This document shows positions 1-10,501 of a stretch of DNA of 64,000 nt, in pieces. Source of the DNA: Cyanobacteria bacterium P01_F01_bin.150 (lineage in GTDB: Bacteria; Cyanobacteriota; Cyanobacteriia; CAKZMO01); the NCBI GenBank assembly GCA_039189765.1, contig JBCCYL010000009.1, forward strand, positions 1 to 64,000. The letters are read 5' to 3'. A program made the translations under genes and the position numbers. A model generated the notes under the pieces. It saw nothing but the letters and a program-made list of their open reading frames with translations. It was not told where the DNA came from and searched no databases. Numbering within the stretch: the first letter of the stretch is position 1; each line of letters starts with the position of its first letter.

Positions 1-1617
1 GTTGAAAATGGTTGAGCAAATGGTTGAAATGATGCCAGAGAGCTACCAAACTGTCAGTAAAGACTTTTGGTGTTACATTACGACCAAACTACCGGATTTT
101 GATGAAAATATTGAAAACTGGGCTTTCTGCTGTCACTCACCGGAACAGATGAAATTTTGTGAAGTTAGCGAGCCACACTATCACGTTTTGGAGCAATCGA
201 CTATAAAACGGCATGACAAAAAGCACCCTGTCAAGTGTCTTTACACGTGTTATCTCTTTTTGATGAGTATGAAGTGCAATAATACCATTGCTAAGATACA
301 AGGCGTATCAATAACCACAGCGCTACAATATCATGGGCCCAGGAGAACAATAGAATACTTGAATCAAAGCTATAAAGTATGTTTACTTGATAAAACTTAT
401 GTCGACTTATATCCAACCACTAGAATAATCCGGAACGTTAAAACTGCAGCTTATAATTAAACTTTTCCGCTATTGGCCGCAATTGTATAGACACGCATGC
501 CTGCCTAACTATGCCAGAGTAGATATCTAAACACGACTTTGGCACAGCAAAAACACGTCTAATGAATTTAATATCGTATGTCTGTAGATGCAGTGTCCAA
601 TGTCGCTGATCCAAACTCACAATCACATCACGCAGGGGATTTCGCTAGCCAATACCGTGACGTTCCGTCAATAATTGGTAATTTTATAATGATCGCAGTT
701 CAGATGTACATGATTACACATTATAACGCCTGGGGGAACTATTACCATTTCAGAATGTAGTAACGGGGCGATGAACTTTCAATAAGAATTATGATACTTC
801 TGGGCCATGAATTCATAAATCAATAATTGGAATAGTCCAATAGTGGAGAGCAGCAAATATAAATGGTAACAGGTGCAGAAGATTCTGCTATGGACCGAAG
901 GTAGCACCTACACACACTGCACATATATTCTTAGCCTAAGCATCAAGCATTTTTACAGACAGGTTAGCTCCGCCTCCCCTAAAGCCCAACAAGTACTTGA
1001 GACTAGGGTGACCATATTTTGTACATATCATCTCATAGGGTACTACCACGCTAATTTACCCTGTCAAACAAAGTCGTCATGACTCACAGGCTAATATGCT
1101 CTAACACCTCAGATATCTGCGATACTTTACATAAATAAAATTAACTGAGTGAAATTAGCCAGACTGGAAATGTCAGTTCTCACCCTCTCACTGACGGCGT
1201 TGTACTTGATGCCGATTTCATCTCTCTCAGCTCGTGACTGACTCAGTAGATCCTCCAGGCGGTTCAACTCATTTTGTAAAGTCCGGTTTTCCTCAATCAG
1301 CGCACCATGACTGGGAGACGCCATTGCAGCCTACAGACAATACACCAGTCAATCTGCAGTCATAGGGTACCCTAGTCCCCAGAACCATGTCCCATTCTCT
1401 TATGTACTATCTCCTAAGGCTATGAAACACCAACGAACATGCTCTAGACACCTAGGAATGTTGTGGAACGTTCTGACATGATATGACACAATTTCATTAA
1501 TTCTGAAACAAGCAAGTTATCCTGGGTACCTACTATCTACACATGTGTATATTGCAGTAATAAGTACTGGATAGAGAGAATGTAGGCAGAAACACGGTGC
1601 ATTACTATACTTATTAT
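1..1617. other. Non-cyanobacterial (probably animal) DNA segment at the window start
   Basis: Low coding density, no HIP1 sites, contains a GT-AG bounded exon resembling rootletin; switches abruptly to bacterial sequence at ~1618. Confidence 0.8.
1184..1330 (-). CDS. Eukaryotic exon encoding the N-terminal coiled-coil region of a rootletin/CROCC-like protein
   Basis: Translation AAMASPSHGALIEENRTLQNELNRLEDLLSQSRAERDEIGIKYNAVSER resembles the rootletin N-terminus as I recall it (EENQLLQQELSRVEDLLAQSRAERDELAIKYNAVSER). Acceptor ttgtctgtAG lies just upstream of 1330 and donor GTGAGA starts at 1183; the exon is 147 bp, phase 0-0. Confidence 0.85.
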
Positions 1618-1698
1618 AACGCGCCCACACCAGCCGCCTAAAATTGATACCCTGTTTGAGGATGTAAGTTGATATTGAAATTTACCTAAAGGTGAACT

Positions 1699-1941
1699 AT
1701 GTCTGAAGTTATGGAGCTGACCAACGAAAACGTGGAGACAGTATTGGATACTCTCCGCCCTTACTTAATGGCTGATGGCGGAAATGTGGAATTGGTTGAA
1801 CTTGATGGACCTATCGTTCGTTTGCGGTTGGAAGGTGCCTGCGGATCTTGCCCCAGTTCTACCATGACCCTAAAAATGGGTATCGAGCGTAAGCTACGGG
1901 ACTCTATTCCAGAAATTGCCGAGGTTGTGCAGGTGATCTAG
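1699..1941 (+). CDS. nfu: NifU-like (Nfu) Fe-S cluster carrier
   Basis: [15 protein letters not shown] and GACGSCPSS motifs; 80 aa. Confidence 0.95.
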   Translation: MSEVMELTNENVETVLDTLRPYLMADGGNVELVELDGPIVRLRLEGACGSCPSSTMTLKMGIERKLRDSIPEIAEVVQVI

Positions 1942-2029
1942 GTTTTGCTCACTTTGATGAACTCAGTCCACAGTCCACTAGGATGGACTGGGTCTATCGG
2001 GTCGTGCTCTCAATCGCTAAGAGCGAAAT

Positions 2030-3067
2030 ATGGCTTCTAAACAAGAGATTATTGATGCCTTTGACCCCAGTGATGTAGGGCTGGATAATGGACAACTATT
2101 CGGATTTCCCTTTGATTACGACACTGCTGATATTATCGTGCTTGGGATTCCTTGGGAAGTAACTGTTTCCTATCGAACAGGAACCGCCCACGGTCCTGAA
2201 TCTGTGCTGAATGCCTCGCCACAGTTAGATTTTTACGACTTGGATAACCCTGAAGGCTGGCACCAGGGTATTTTTATGGAACCCATTTCTCAATCATTGA
2301 TGGAGAAGAACCAAGATCTGCGGCAACAAGCAAGCCGGGTTATCGCAACAGCAGAACAGGGAATTGGTATCCATGCCGAGGTTAATTTGGTTTCAGACTT
2401 GGCGGCGGTCAATAGCGGCTGTAAGGCTATGAATCAGTGGGTGTTTGATCACACCTGCAAGGCCATAGAGCAGAAGAAAAGGGTGATTGTGGTGGGAGGT
2501 GACCATAGTGTACCTTTGGGGTACCTGCAAGCCCTTGGTCATATCCATAAAGAGTTTGGCATTCTTCAGATTGATGCCCATGCGGATTTGAGAAACGCCT
2601 ATGAGGGCTTTCAATATTCCCATGCGTCCATTATGTTTAATGCGCTTAAGCTCCCCCATATCTCTAAACTGGTGCAGGTGGGAATTCGAGATATTTCCCA
2701 GACCGAAGTAGGGTTGGTTAATCGGTCCAACCAGCGAATTGTGACCCATTTTGATGCGGTTCTTAAGCAGCGACGCTATGCTGGCATCCCTTGGATTACC
2801 CTTTGCCAAGAGATTGTGGCCGCATTACCTCACAAAGTTTATGTCAGTTTTGATATAGATGGGCTTGATCCCAAACTCTGTCCCCAAACGGGGACTCCAG
2901 TGCCGGGGGGACTGGAATTGGAAGAAGCGATCTGTTTATTGCGGGAAGTGGTAAAGAGCGATCGCCAAATTATTGGAGCCGATTTATGCGAAGTGGGCAA
3001 CGGCGAATGGGATGGCAATGTGGGTGCGAGAATTTTGTATAAGCTGTGTAATTTGATGGGATTGTAA
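2030..3067 (+). CDS. speB: Agmatinase / arginase-family ureohydrolase
   Basis: GGDHS, DAHAD and SFDIDGLDP metal-binding motifs; exact substrate inferred. Confidence 0.8.
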   Translation: MASKQEIIDAFDPSDVGLDNGQLFGFPFDYDTADIIVLGIPWEVTVSYRTGTAHGPESVLNASPQLDFYDLDNPEGWHQGIFMEPISQSLMEKNQDLRQQASRVIATAEQGIGIHAEVNLVSDLAAVNSGCKAMNQWVFDHTCKAIEQKKRVIVVGGDHSVPLGYLQALGHIHKEFGILQIDAHADLRNAYEGFQYSHASIMFNALKLPHISKLVQVGIRDISQTEVGLVNRSNQRIVTHFDAVLKQRRYAGIPWITLCQEIVAALPHKVYVSFDIDGLDPKLCPQTGTPVPGGLELEEAICLLREVVKSDRQIIGADLCEVGNGEWDGNVGARILYKLCNLMGL

Positions 3068-3195
3068 AGACCTGCCACAGGCACTTAGTCATATGAAATG
3101 AGGTGGCACACTGCTACATTGAACAAATGTTGTTCTTTTACTGCATCCAAAATGAGTTGGCAGACGTATATCTATTGCACTCCATAAGAAATACA

Positions 3196-3275
3196 GGGTT
3201 TCGTGTTAAAGCGAAACAAAATCAACGGTAGTGTGGGCGCGAAGCGCCCACACTACCCGCCTGAAGCTGATACCC
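3196..3275 (+). repeat. Dispersed REP-like two-hairpin element (full copy)
   Basis: GGGTTTCG..CGAAA..AACGGTAGTGTGGGCGCGAAGCGCCCACACTACC; related copies at 24716, 36404, 43459 and 57511. Confidence 0.85.
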
Positions 3276-3379
3276 GAAATGCAGAGTGTTTCTTTTATTT
3301 TTAACGTGGTCGTTGGCTCAACCATCACCACGTTGTCATTGCACCAATAGGTCTATTACGCCTACAAAATATACCAAAT

Positions 3380-4258
3380 ATGGCTCGTAAAAAACAACAA
3401 CACTGGTTTTACCGCTACGCCCGTTACCTGATTACAGGTATTGCTACGGCTGGTCTATTGCTGTCCATTGGCTGCCTTACTAAAGGAAATGGCACGCTTT
3501 CTGGCAGTGCTTATGCATCGTTGATAGGGCTTCCCCTACCGTTGTTAGGAGCGATCGCCTATGGTCTGATGGGGAGCTTGGCGATTGTCCCAATATTAAC
3601 AAAAAACAAATCCTTGGAAGGCCCTACTTGGCTGGGATTATTTATTGGTAGTACCGCTATGGTCACGTTTAGTGGCTATCTAGTTTACGTTATGGTGCAA
3701 GTGCTGCAAGACCCCTGCATCCCTTGCATGATCTCAGCGTTTTTCAGCCTAGGCCTATGGGCATTAACGTTGGCGGGGAATCGCTGGGAGGATATTGGCC
3801 GATTGGTATTGCCCGGTATCTGTGTCCTTATGGTTTCTGGTTTGGTTACTACCGGACTTCATGCCTACGCAAGTGACCCAGATGGATTTACGGCTAATGC
3901 AGCGGGGAGTCCGCCACCGGCTGTTACAACTGAGTCTGGGGACGCTGAAATTGAGTTGGCTAAACACCTGACTGCAATTGGTGCCAAGAAGTATGGTGCC
4001 TGGTGGTGTCCCCACTGCCATGCCCAGCAAACTCTGTTCGGCAAACAGGCTTTTGAGTATTTGACCTATGTGGAATGCGACGAAGCCGGTGTGGAACCTG
4101 ACCCCCAAGCCTGTCGTGCCGCTGGGGTACAAAGCTATCCCACTTGGGAAATTAATGGGGAGACCTATGCAGGGGTGCAGTCTCTGGAAGCCTTATCCAC
4201 GGTATCTGGATACTCTGGCCCACAGAACTTTATCAATCAGGGCTCTGATCATCAGTAA
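3380..4258 (+). CDS. Vitamin K epoxide reductase (VKOR) family protein fused to a thioredoxin-like domain
   Basis: Transmembrane VKOR region with CIPC; C-terminal YGAWWCPHC and YPTWEING. Confidence 0.9.
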   Translation: MARKKQQHWFYRYARYLITGIATAGLLLSIGCLTKGNGTLSGSAYASLIGLPLPLLGAIAYGLMGSLAIVPILTKNKSLEGPTWLGLFIGSTAMVTFSGYLVYVMVQVLQDPCIPCMISAFFSLGLWALTLAGNRWEDIGRLVLPGICVLMVSGLVTTGLHAYASDPDGFTANAAGSPPPAVTTESGDAEIELAKHLTAIGAKKYGAWWCPHCHAQQTLFGKQAFEYLTYVECDEAGVEPDPQACRAAGVQSYPTWEINGETYAGVQSLEALSTVSGYSGPQNFINQGSDHQ

Positions 4259-4297
4259 CTGACTTTTCCTGCTATTTTTGGATATCAACTTTAAACG

Positions 4298-4327
4298 AAT
4301 AGAGGGGGCGCATCGCGCCCCCTCTAT
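4298..4327. repeat. GC-rich palindrome between convergent genes (REP-like or possible terminator)
   Basis: ATAGAGGGGGCGC-ATC-GCGCCCCCTCTAT. Confidence 0.7.
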
Positions 4328-4349
4328 CATTATCTTAGTTACCCCTTAA

Positions 4350-4428
4350 GTAGGATGGGCAAAGGACGATAGGACGTGCCCATCGAAGCGCTTAGCTGAT
4401 GGGCACACGTTCGTTTTGCCCATCCTAC
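4350..4428. repeat. GTAG-type REP doublet (REPIN-like)
   Basis: GTAGGATGGGCAAA...GTGCCCATC...GATGGGCAC...TTTGCCCATCCTAC nested inverted repeat. Confidence 0.8.
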
Positions 4429-4499
4429 GCAAAATTGGTATGTTGCTTTTCTACAAGTCCCTTCATTTAAAGGGGCAAGACAGGATAGACAAGCGCAAA

Positions 4500-6506
4500 C
4501 TAGGCTAGCAGCGCCTTAGCACGAGCAACGACGTTCTCGACCGTAAAGCCATATTTTTCCATAACGGTTCCACCAGGAGCTGATGCACCAAATTTGTCAA
4601 CAGAGATGGAATCACCGTCTGCCCCAACGTATCTGCACCATCCCATTGAAATGCCTGCTTCCACAGACAAGCGCTTGGTCACGGACTTAGGCAAAACAGA
4701 CTCCTGATAAGCTGCATCTTGAGCATCAAATAGCTCCCAGGACGGCATGGAAACAACACGAACTTTTGTGCCAGTGGCTGTCAACTCAGCTGCAGCATCC
4801 AAGCAAAGCTTTACTTCACTACCTGTACCAATCAAGATGATATCGGGAGTGCCCTCACAGTCGGAAATGGTGTAAGCACCTTTGGCAACACTATCAATAG
4901 AAGAACCTGGCAACTGAGCCAAGTTCTGACGACTAAAGGCCATCAAAGTGGGAGCCTTGCGAGTCGCCACTGCAACCTTGTATGCCCCAGAGGTTTCATT
5001 ACCATCGGCAGGACGAATAACTGTCAGGTTGGGAATAGCCCGAAGAGATGCAACCGTTTCCACTGGCTGGTGGGTGGGACCATCTTCACCCAGAGCAATG
5101 GAGTCATGAGTCATTACATATATAACTTGAGCTTCAGACAGGGCCGATAGTCGAATAGCAGCCCGCATGTAGTCAGCAAATACCAAGAAGGTCGCACAGT
5201 AGGGAATCAAGCCAGAGTTGTGCAGAGCAATACCGTTACAAATGGCTCCCATGCCATGTTCCCGAACCCCAAAGCGAATGTTGCGGTTCTCATAGGCCCC
5301 TTTTTGAAAATCACCAGATACGGTCATAAAGGTATTGTTGGACTTAGTTAAGTCCGCAGACCCTCCCACCAATTCAGGGACAACGGGCGCTAGGGCATTC
5401 AGTGTAGCCTCGGACGTCTTACGGGTCGCGATCGCTTTTCCTTCAGGAGTGTAGACCGGCAGTGCATCCGCCCATCCCTGGGGTAGCTCACCGGACAGCA
5501 TCCGCTCAAATTCAGCCGCCTCATCCGCGTATTTGGTGCGGTATGTAGCTAGAACCTCTTCCCACTCAGCTTGGAGACTAGCTCCGCGATCGACAGCCTT
5601 GCGAGTATGATTTAGCACATCGTCAGGAATCTCGAAAGGAGCACTGGTCCAGCCCAAGTTTTCACGAGTTAAGCCAATTTCTTCATCACCCAGAGCGGCA
5701 CCGTGAATTCCTGCGGTGTCCTGTTTGTTAGGAGAACCATAACCAATGATGGTTGTCACTTTGATCAGGGTGGGCTTGTCAGTAACCTTCTTGGCTTCCT
5801 CAATCGCATTGGCGATCGCATCCAAGTCAGTGTTGCCGTTCTCCACATGCAGTGTGTGCCAACCGTAGGCTTCAAAGCGCTTAGAGACATCCTCAGTAAA
5901 CGCAATATCGGTAGAGCCGTCAATGGAAATATGGTTATCGTCGTAGAGCGCAATCAATTTACCTAGACCCAAGTGTCCAGCCAGGGAACAGGCTTCACCC
6001 GAAACCCCTTCCATGTTGCAGCCATCACCCAAAATGACATAGGTGTAGTGATCAACCACAGTCGCATCAGGCTTATTGAAACGAGCGGCTAGGTGCGCTT
6101 CAGCCATTGCCAAACCTACACCGTTACAGATTCCCTGTCCTAGAGGACCTGTAGTCACTTCAATACCCGGCGTTACAAAATTTTCAGGATGCCCAGGGGT
6201 CATTGCGCCCCACTGGCGAAACTGCTTGATATCGTCCATGGTAACGCTGTCGTAGCCCATCAGGTGAAGCAAGGCATAATGCAACATGCAACCATGGCCT
6301 GCGGATAGGACGAAGCGATCGCGGTTAAACCAATTGGGGTTTTTGGGATTAAATTTCATAAATTTATCCCAGAGAACAAACGCCATTGGCGCAGCTCCCA
6401 TTGGCAATCCAGGGTGTCCAGACTTTGCTTTTTCTACTGCATCAATCGCTAGAAAACGAATCGCATTAATGCAAAGCTCATCAAGAGATTGGGTTACGAC
6501 AGCCAT
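4500..6506 (-). CDS. tkt: Transketolase
   Basis: [37 protein letters not shown] motifs. Confidence 0.98.
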   Translation of the reverse strand: MAVVTQSLDELCINAIRFLAIDAVEKAKSGHPGLPMGAAPMAFVLWDKFMKFNPKNPNWFNRDRFVLSAGHGCMLHYALLHLMGYDSVTMDDIKQFRQWGAMTPGHPENFVTPGIEVTTGPLGQGICNGVGLAMAEAHLAARFNKPDATVVDHYTYVILGDGCNMEGVSGEACSLAGHLGLGKLIALYDDNHISIDGSTDIAFTEDVSKRFEAYGWHTLHVENGNTDLDAIANAIEEAKKVTDKPTLIKVTTIIGYGSPNKQDTAGIHGAALGDEEIGLTRENLGWTSAPFEIPDDVLNHTRKAVDRGASLQAEWEEVLATYRTKYADEAAEFERMLSGELPQGWADALPVYTPEGKAIATRKTSEATLNALAPVVPELVGGSADLTKSNNTFMTVSGDFQKGAYENRNIRFGVREHGMGAICNGIALHNSGLIPYCATFLVFADYMRAAIRLSALSEAQVIYVMTHDSIALGEDGPTHQPVETVASLRAIPNLTVIRPADGNETSGAYKVAVATRKAPTLMAFSRQNLAQLPGSSIDSVAKGAYTISDCEGTPDIILIGTGSEVKLCLDAAAELTATGTKVRVVSMPSWELFDAQDAAYQESVLPKSVTKRLSVEAGISMGWCRYVGADGDSISVDKFGASAPGGTVMEKYGFTVENVVARAKALLA

Positions 6507-7001
6507 AGTGTTCTTGGATGAATAATAATAAGGGTTAACGGTTGGCCGACATATGTGCGGCGCATGAATATGCTGAACGGTTCAACAATATGAATCAGCA
6601 GTATTCAAATCGAGAGAAGAGGCATTGACGTTTGACCTCCTGCAAAACAGACCTGCTAAGCACATGTCGACATGAATTCAACATGACTGACTGCAATACG
6701 TTACTATCAAAAGGGTCTACTCAGTAAACGAGGGAACCCCAGGCTAAAATAACCTGGTAGGCACGGATAGCACGTCACATGCAAAGAAACGGTAAGTATC
6801 TATACTTATTTTAAAGCGTTTACTAAAGTTTATAACGTAATGGTCATAATCTCTATCCCACCAATAGGGAATTATCGCCGTTTCCTGATATTCCCAAAAA
6901 GTAGAGAATGCTGAGCAAGGTTGCATCTAGTAAGACAAAGGGATTGCCCTAATTGCGTTACATCCCTTTATTACGATGCTCCTCATTAGATAGTTTCTGA
7001 A

Positions 7002-8261
7002 TTAGGCTTCGTACTTTTTCATCACTAGCGTTGCATTATGTCCGCCAAATCCAAACGAGTTGGATACGGCAACATTAACGGTCATGGCCCGACTTTCGTT
7101 AGCAACATAGTCCAAATCGCACGCTTCGTCAGGATGATCTAGGTTGATCGTGGGAGGTACCCGATCATTGGCGATCGCCATAACTGTAGCCACTGCTTCA
7201 ATGCCACCTGAACCACCCAATAAGTGACCCGTCATTGATTTGGTAGAACTCATTGCAATATTTTTAGCATGAGGGCCTAATGCCGTTTTGATTGCCGCAG
7301 TCTCAGTCGGATCGTTTGCTCCAGTGCTTGTACCGTGGGCATTGATATAGCTGATGGCTTCAGGCGCTAAGCCTGCATCTTTCAACGCCAGACTTACAGC
7401 TCGAGCTGCGCCCACTCCGCCTGGCACTGGAGACGTCATATGGTAAGCATCACAAGTCATCCCATAGCCAACCAGTTCACCGTAGATTCGTGCGCCCCGA
7501 GCTAGAGCGTAGTCGAGTTCTTCCAACAGCAAAATGCCAGCGCCTTCACCCATCACAAATCCGTCCCGATCTTTATCGAAAGGACGAGATGCCTTACTAG
7601 GTTCTTCATTACGGGTAGAAAGGGCCTTGGCGGACGCAAAGCCTGCCATCGACAGAGGAGTAACAGCAGCTTCTGCTCCCCCACAAACCATGGCTTTAGC
7701 ATATCCGCCCTGTACAATCCGAAACGCATCGCCAATTGCATTGGTACCCGCAGCGCAAGCAGTTACCGTACAAGAGTTAGGGCCTTTTGCGCCAATATGA
7801 ATACCCGTTAACCCTGCGGCCATGTTAGAAATCATGGTGGGTACCGTAAAAGGACTGACTCGGGATGGTCCTCTGTTAAGCAATGTCTCTTTCTGGTCTT
7901 CCATGACCCTTAGACCGCCCACTCCAGTGCCGATTAAAACACCGACTTCCTCAGCGTTTAAATCGGTAATCTCAAATTTGGCATCGGCGATCGCCTGCTG
8001 GCTAGCAACAATAGCAAACTGTGAAAACCGATCCATCCGCCGTGCCTCTTTCTTAGAGATATATTCGGCCGGATCAAAATCCTTGACCTCACCAGCAATT
8101 CGGCAGGCATGATTAGACGCATCAAACAAGGTGATGGGACCGATACCGCTCTTCCCATTCATTAATCCTTGCCAATAGTCATTTACCGTATTACCGATAG
8201 GGGTCAGGGCACCTAGCCCAGTTACAACGACACGCTTACGTCCTGCGTCAGAATTTGTCAT
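7002..8261 (-). CDS. fabF: 3-oxoacyl-ACP synthase II
   Basis: [21 protein letters not shown] and [10 protein letters not shown] motifs; downstream of acpP. Confidence 0.97.
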   Translation of the reverse strand: MTNSDAGRKRVVVTGLGALTPIGNTVNDYWQGLMNGKSGIGPITLFDASNHACRIAGEVKDFDPAEYISKKEARRMDRFSQFAIVASQQAIADAKFEITDLNAEEVGVLIGTGVGGLRVMEDQKETLLNRGPSRVSPFTVPTMISNMAAGLTGIHIGAKGPNSCTVTACAAGTNAIGDAFRIVQGGYAKAMVCGGAEAAVTPLSMAGFASAKALSTRNEEPSKASRPFDKDRDGFVMGEGAGILLLEELDYALARGARIYGELVGYGMTCDAYHMTSPVPGGVGAARAVSLALKDAGLAPEAISYINAHGTSTGANDPTETAAIKTALGPHAKNIAMSSTKSMTGHLLGGSGGIEAVATVMAIANDRVPPTINLDHPDEACDLDYVANESRAMTVNVAVSNSFGFGGHNATLVMKKYEA

Positions 8262-8493
8262 GGCTCCAGTTTCGTTGGACAGAATTATTTAAAGCCTAAT
8301 TCGAGGTAGATGAAAAAATAGCATTTCTGAAAAAGAGCGGAACCTTGTCCTCATCTCAACCGTTCTTTCCCATCTACCTCCCATCTATCTGATGTTGAGG
8401 CTGATTAGTATAAATTGAACAGAAACAACATACCCTGTATTCCACGGAATTAAGAAGCAAGCACCTATTCTGTTCAATTCTTATCGCAGTGGA

Positions 8494-8733
8494 TTAACCA
8501 GAATTCTTGGCAATGTAATCAACAGCAGCCTGAACGGTGGTGATATTTTCAGCTTCCTCATCAGGAATCTCAGTATCAAACTCTTCTTCCAGAGCCATCA
8601 CTAACTCGACCGTGTCCAAGGAGTCCGCACCCAGGTCATTCACAAAGCTTTGCTCGGGCTTTACTTCCTCTGCGTTCACTCCAAGCTGTTCAGCAGTGAT
8701 TTTTACAACCTTAGACAATATGTCATCACTCAT
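8494..8733 (-). CDS. acpP: Acyl carrier protein
   Basis: [20 protein letters not shown]; start placed at the ATG at 8733 after a GAGGAAGG RBS-like sequence. Confidence 0.97.
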   Translation of the reverse strand: MSDDILSKVVKITAEQLGVNAEEVKPEQSFVNDLGADSLDTVELVMALEEEFDTEIPDEEAENITTVQAAVDYIAKNSG

Positions 8734-9072
8734 AACATTCCCTTCCTCATTTTTCCTATTCAAAATGTAGCAGCTATCATTAAATCATTCCCTGGTTCTC
8801 TATGCACCTGTATAAACTAATCCATGAGTTTAGAGACCTTTGAAGGCAAACGTAGCATCAAAACATGCAAATGCCACATTGCGGGGATTTTGACATTCCT
8901 TCATAGTACTCCTAAAGTGTTTCTAAAATTAATGTGTAACTTCATCAACTGCGACGGTGTACTCTCCATATTTGGATGGCATTTTATTAGATTGTTATCA
9001 TCTCAATTGATGTAGCCTCTAGCTAGGATAGAGAAAATTATTGCTCAAACGTTTTGGAACCTCGAAAAGCCT

Positions 9073-10485
9073 TTGCTAGATCATCCTGTTGCATCGACGT
9101 CTGTATTCTCTAAGCCAACTGCCCCATTGCACTTGATTATTTTTACCCGCTATCCAGAGCCAGGTAAGACGAAAACGCGCCTTATTCCTGCATTGGGACC
9201 AAGCGGAGCTGCAATCGTTCAGCGTCAAATGACAGAGTGGGCTTTGGGACAAGCACAACAGCTTTTACGCTCTTGCTCATCAGGAGTCTTTAAACGGTTT
9301 TCAGAATCCAGTGCTCTGTCAATTGATATTCGGTTTGCAGGGGGAACGACTTCCAGCATGGAAGCTTGGCTGGGAAGCGATTGGACCTATTTGGAGCAGG
9401 GCGATGGAAACCTGGGCGATCGCCTAATTCGAGCCTTCCAATCTGCATTTGAACGCGGCGCTAAAGCGGTGATTGTCATTGGTATTGACTGTCCAGGCGT
9501 TACATCTCAGGTGCTAACCCAAGCCTTTGAACGACTGCTAAACAGCGATGGGGTGATTGGGCCTGCTGATGATGGAGGCTATTACTTAATTGGTCTACGG
9601 CAGCCAACGCCTGATCTATTCAGGAGCATCGAATGGGGAACAGAGACCGTTCGTTCATCCACGCTGGCGATCGCAGAGCAGTTAGGGCTAACCCTTACTC
9701 AGCTCAACCCTCTATCCGATGTTGATCGGCCAGAAGATTTAGTTGTCTGGCAACAAATCTCTGCGCAAGCACCGCCTCAAATAACTGAGCGGATTTCTAT
9801 TGTTATTCCAGTGCTAAATGAGGCTGAACACATTCAAAAAACGATTCGGACCATTCAACGTGATGAAACTCAAAATAAAGCTGACGCGGTACTAGAAATT
9901 ATTGTGGTAGATGGGGGCAGCAGCGATGACACGGTTGCCTATGCGAAGGAAATGGGCGTCAACGTTATTTCCTCCAGCCCTGGGCGGGCTTTACAAATGA
10001 ATGCGGGGGCTGCGATCGCCACCGGAGAATACATTCTTTTCCTCCATGCCGATACCCAACTCCCCGCTGATTTTTCGCGCCATATTCGGCAAACGTTAAG
10101 CCAGCCCCACACTGTTGCGGGTGCCTTTGAGCTATCCATTCAAGGGACAGACTGGGGATTACGGCTGATTGAATTTGGGGTTAAATGGCGATCGCGCTTG
10201 GGCCAAATGCCCTATGGCGATCAGGCTATTTTTATAAAAGCAGATCTCTTTCGTAACGTCGGCGGTTTTCCCCGGTTGCCGATTATGGAAGACTTTGAAT
10301 TTATTCGGCAGATAAAGCGTCGGGGACAGGTAAAGATTGCTAAAGCAGTTGTTGTTACCTCTGGACGGCGCTGGCAACGATTGGGATTGTTAAAGACTAC
10401 CCTGGTCAACCAGGCTGTGATTGTTGGCTATGCACTGGGGATTCCCATCGAGAAACTAGCTCGCTGGTATCGTCACAGGCCATGA
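9073..10485 (+). CDS. Fusion of TIGR04282-like (DUF2064/CofC-like) and TIGR04283-like GT2 glycosyltransferase domains
   Basis: N-half FTRYPEPGKTKTRL, GPADDGGYYLIG, DVDRPEDL; C-half SIVIPVLNE, VVDGGSSD, FLHADT, YGDQAIF, MEDFEF, TSGRRW. Confidence 0.85.
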   Translation: MLDHPVASTSVFSKPTAPLHLIIFTRYPEPGKTKTRLIPALGPSGAAIVQRQMTEWALGQAQQLLRSCSSGVFKRFSESSALSIDIRFAGGTTSSMEAWLGSDWTYLEQGDGNLGDRLIRAFQSAFERGAKAVIVIGIDCPGVTSQVLTQAFERLLNSDGVIGPADDGGYYLIGLRQPTPDLFRSIEWGTETVRSSTLAIAEQLGLTLTQLNPLSDVDRPEDLVVWQQISAQAPPQITERISIVIPVLNEAEHIQKTIRTIQRDETQNKADAVLEIIVVDGGSSDDTVAYAKEMGVNVISSSPGRALQMNAGAAIATGEYILFLHADTQLPADFSRHIRQTLSQPHTVAGAFELSIQGTDWGLRLIEFGVKWRSRLGQMPYGDQAIFIKADLFRNVGGFPRLPIMEDFEFIRQIKRRGQVKIAKAVVVTSGRRWQRLGLLKTTLVNQAVIVGYALGIPIEKLARWYRHRP

Positions 10486-10501
10486 TACGACTTGTGGAAA
10501 T

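Noticed and set aside
1127..1324. ORF-track 65-aa protein as a bacterial gene
   Set aside because: Similarity stops at a GT donor site; the last 18 codons are intron read-through
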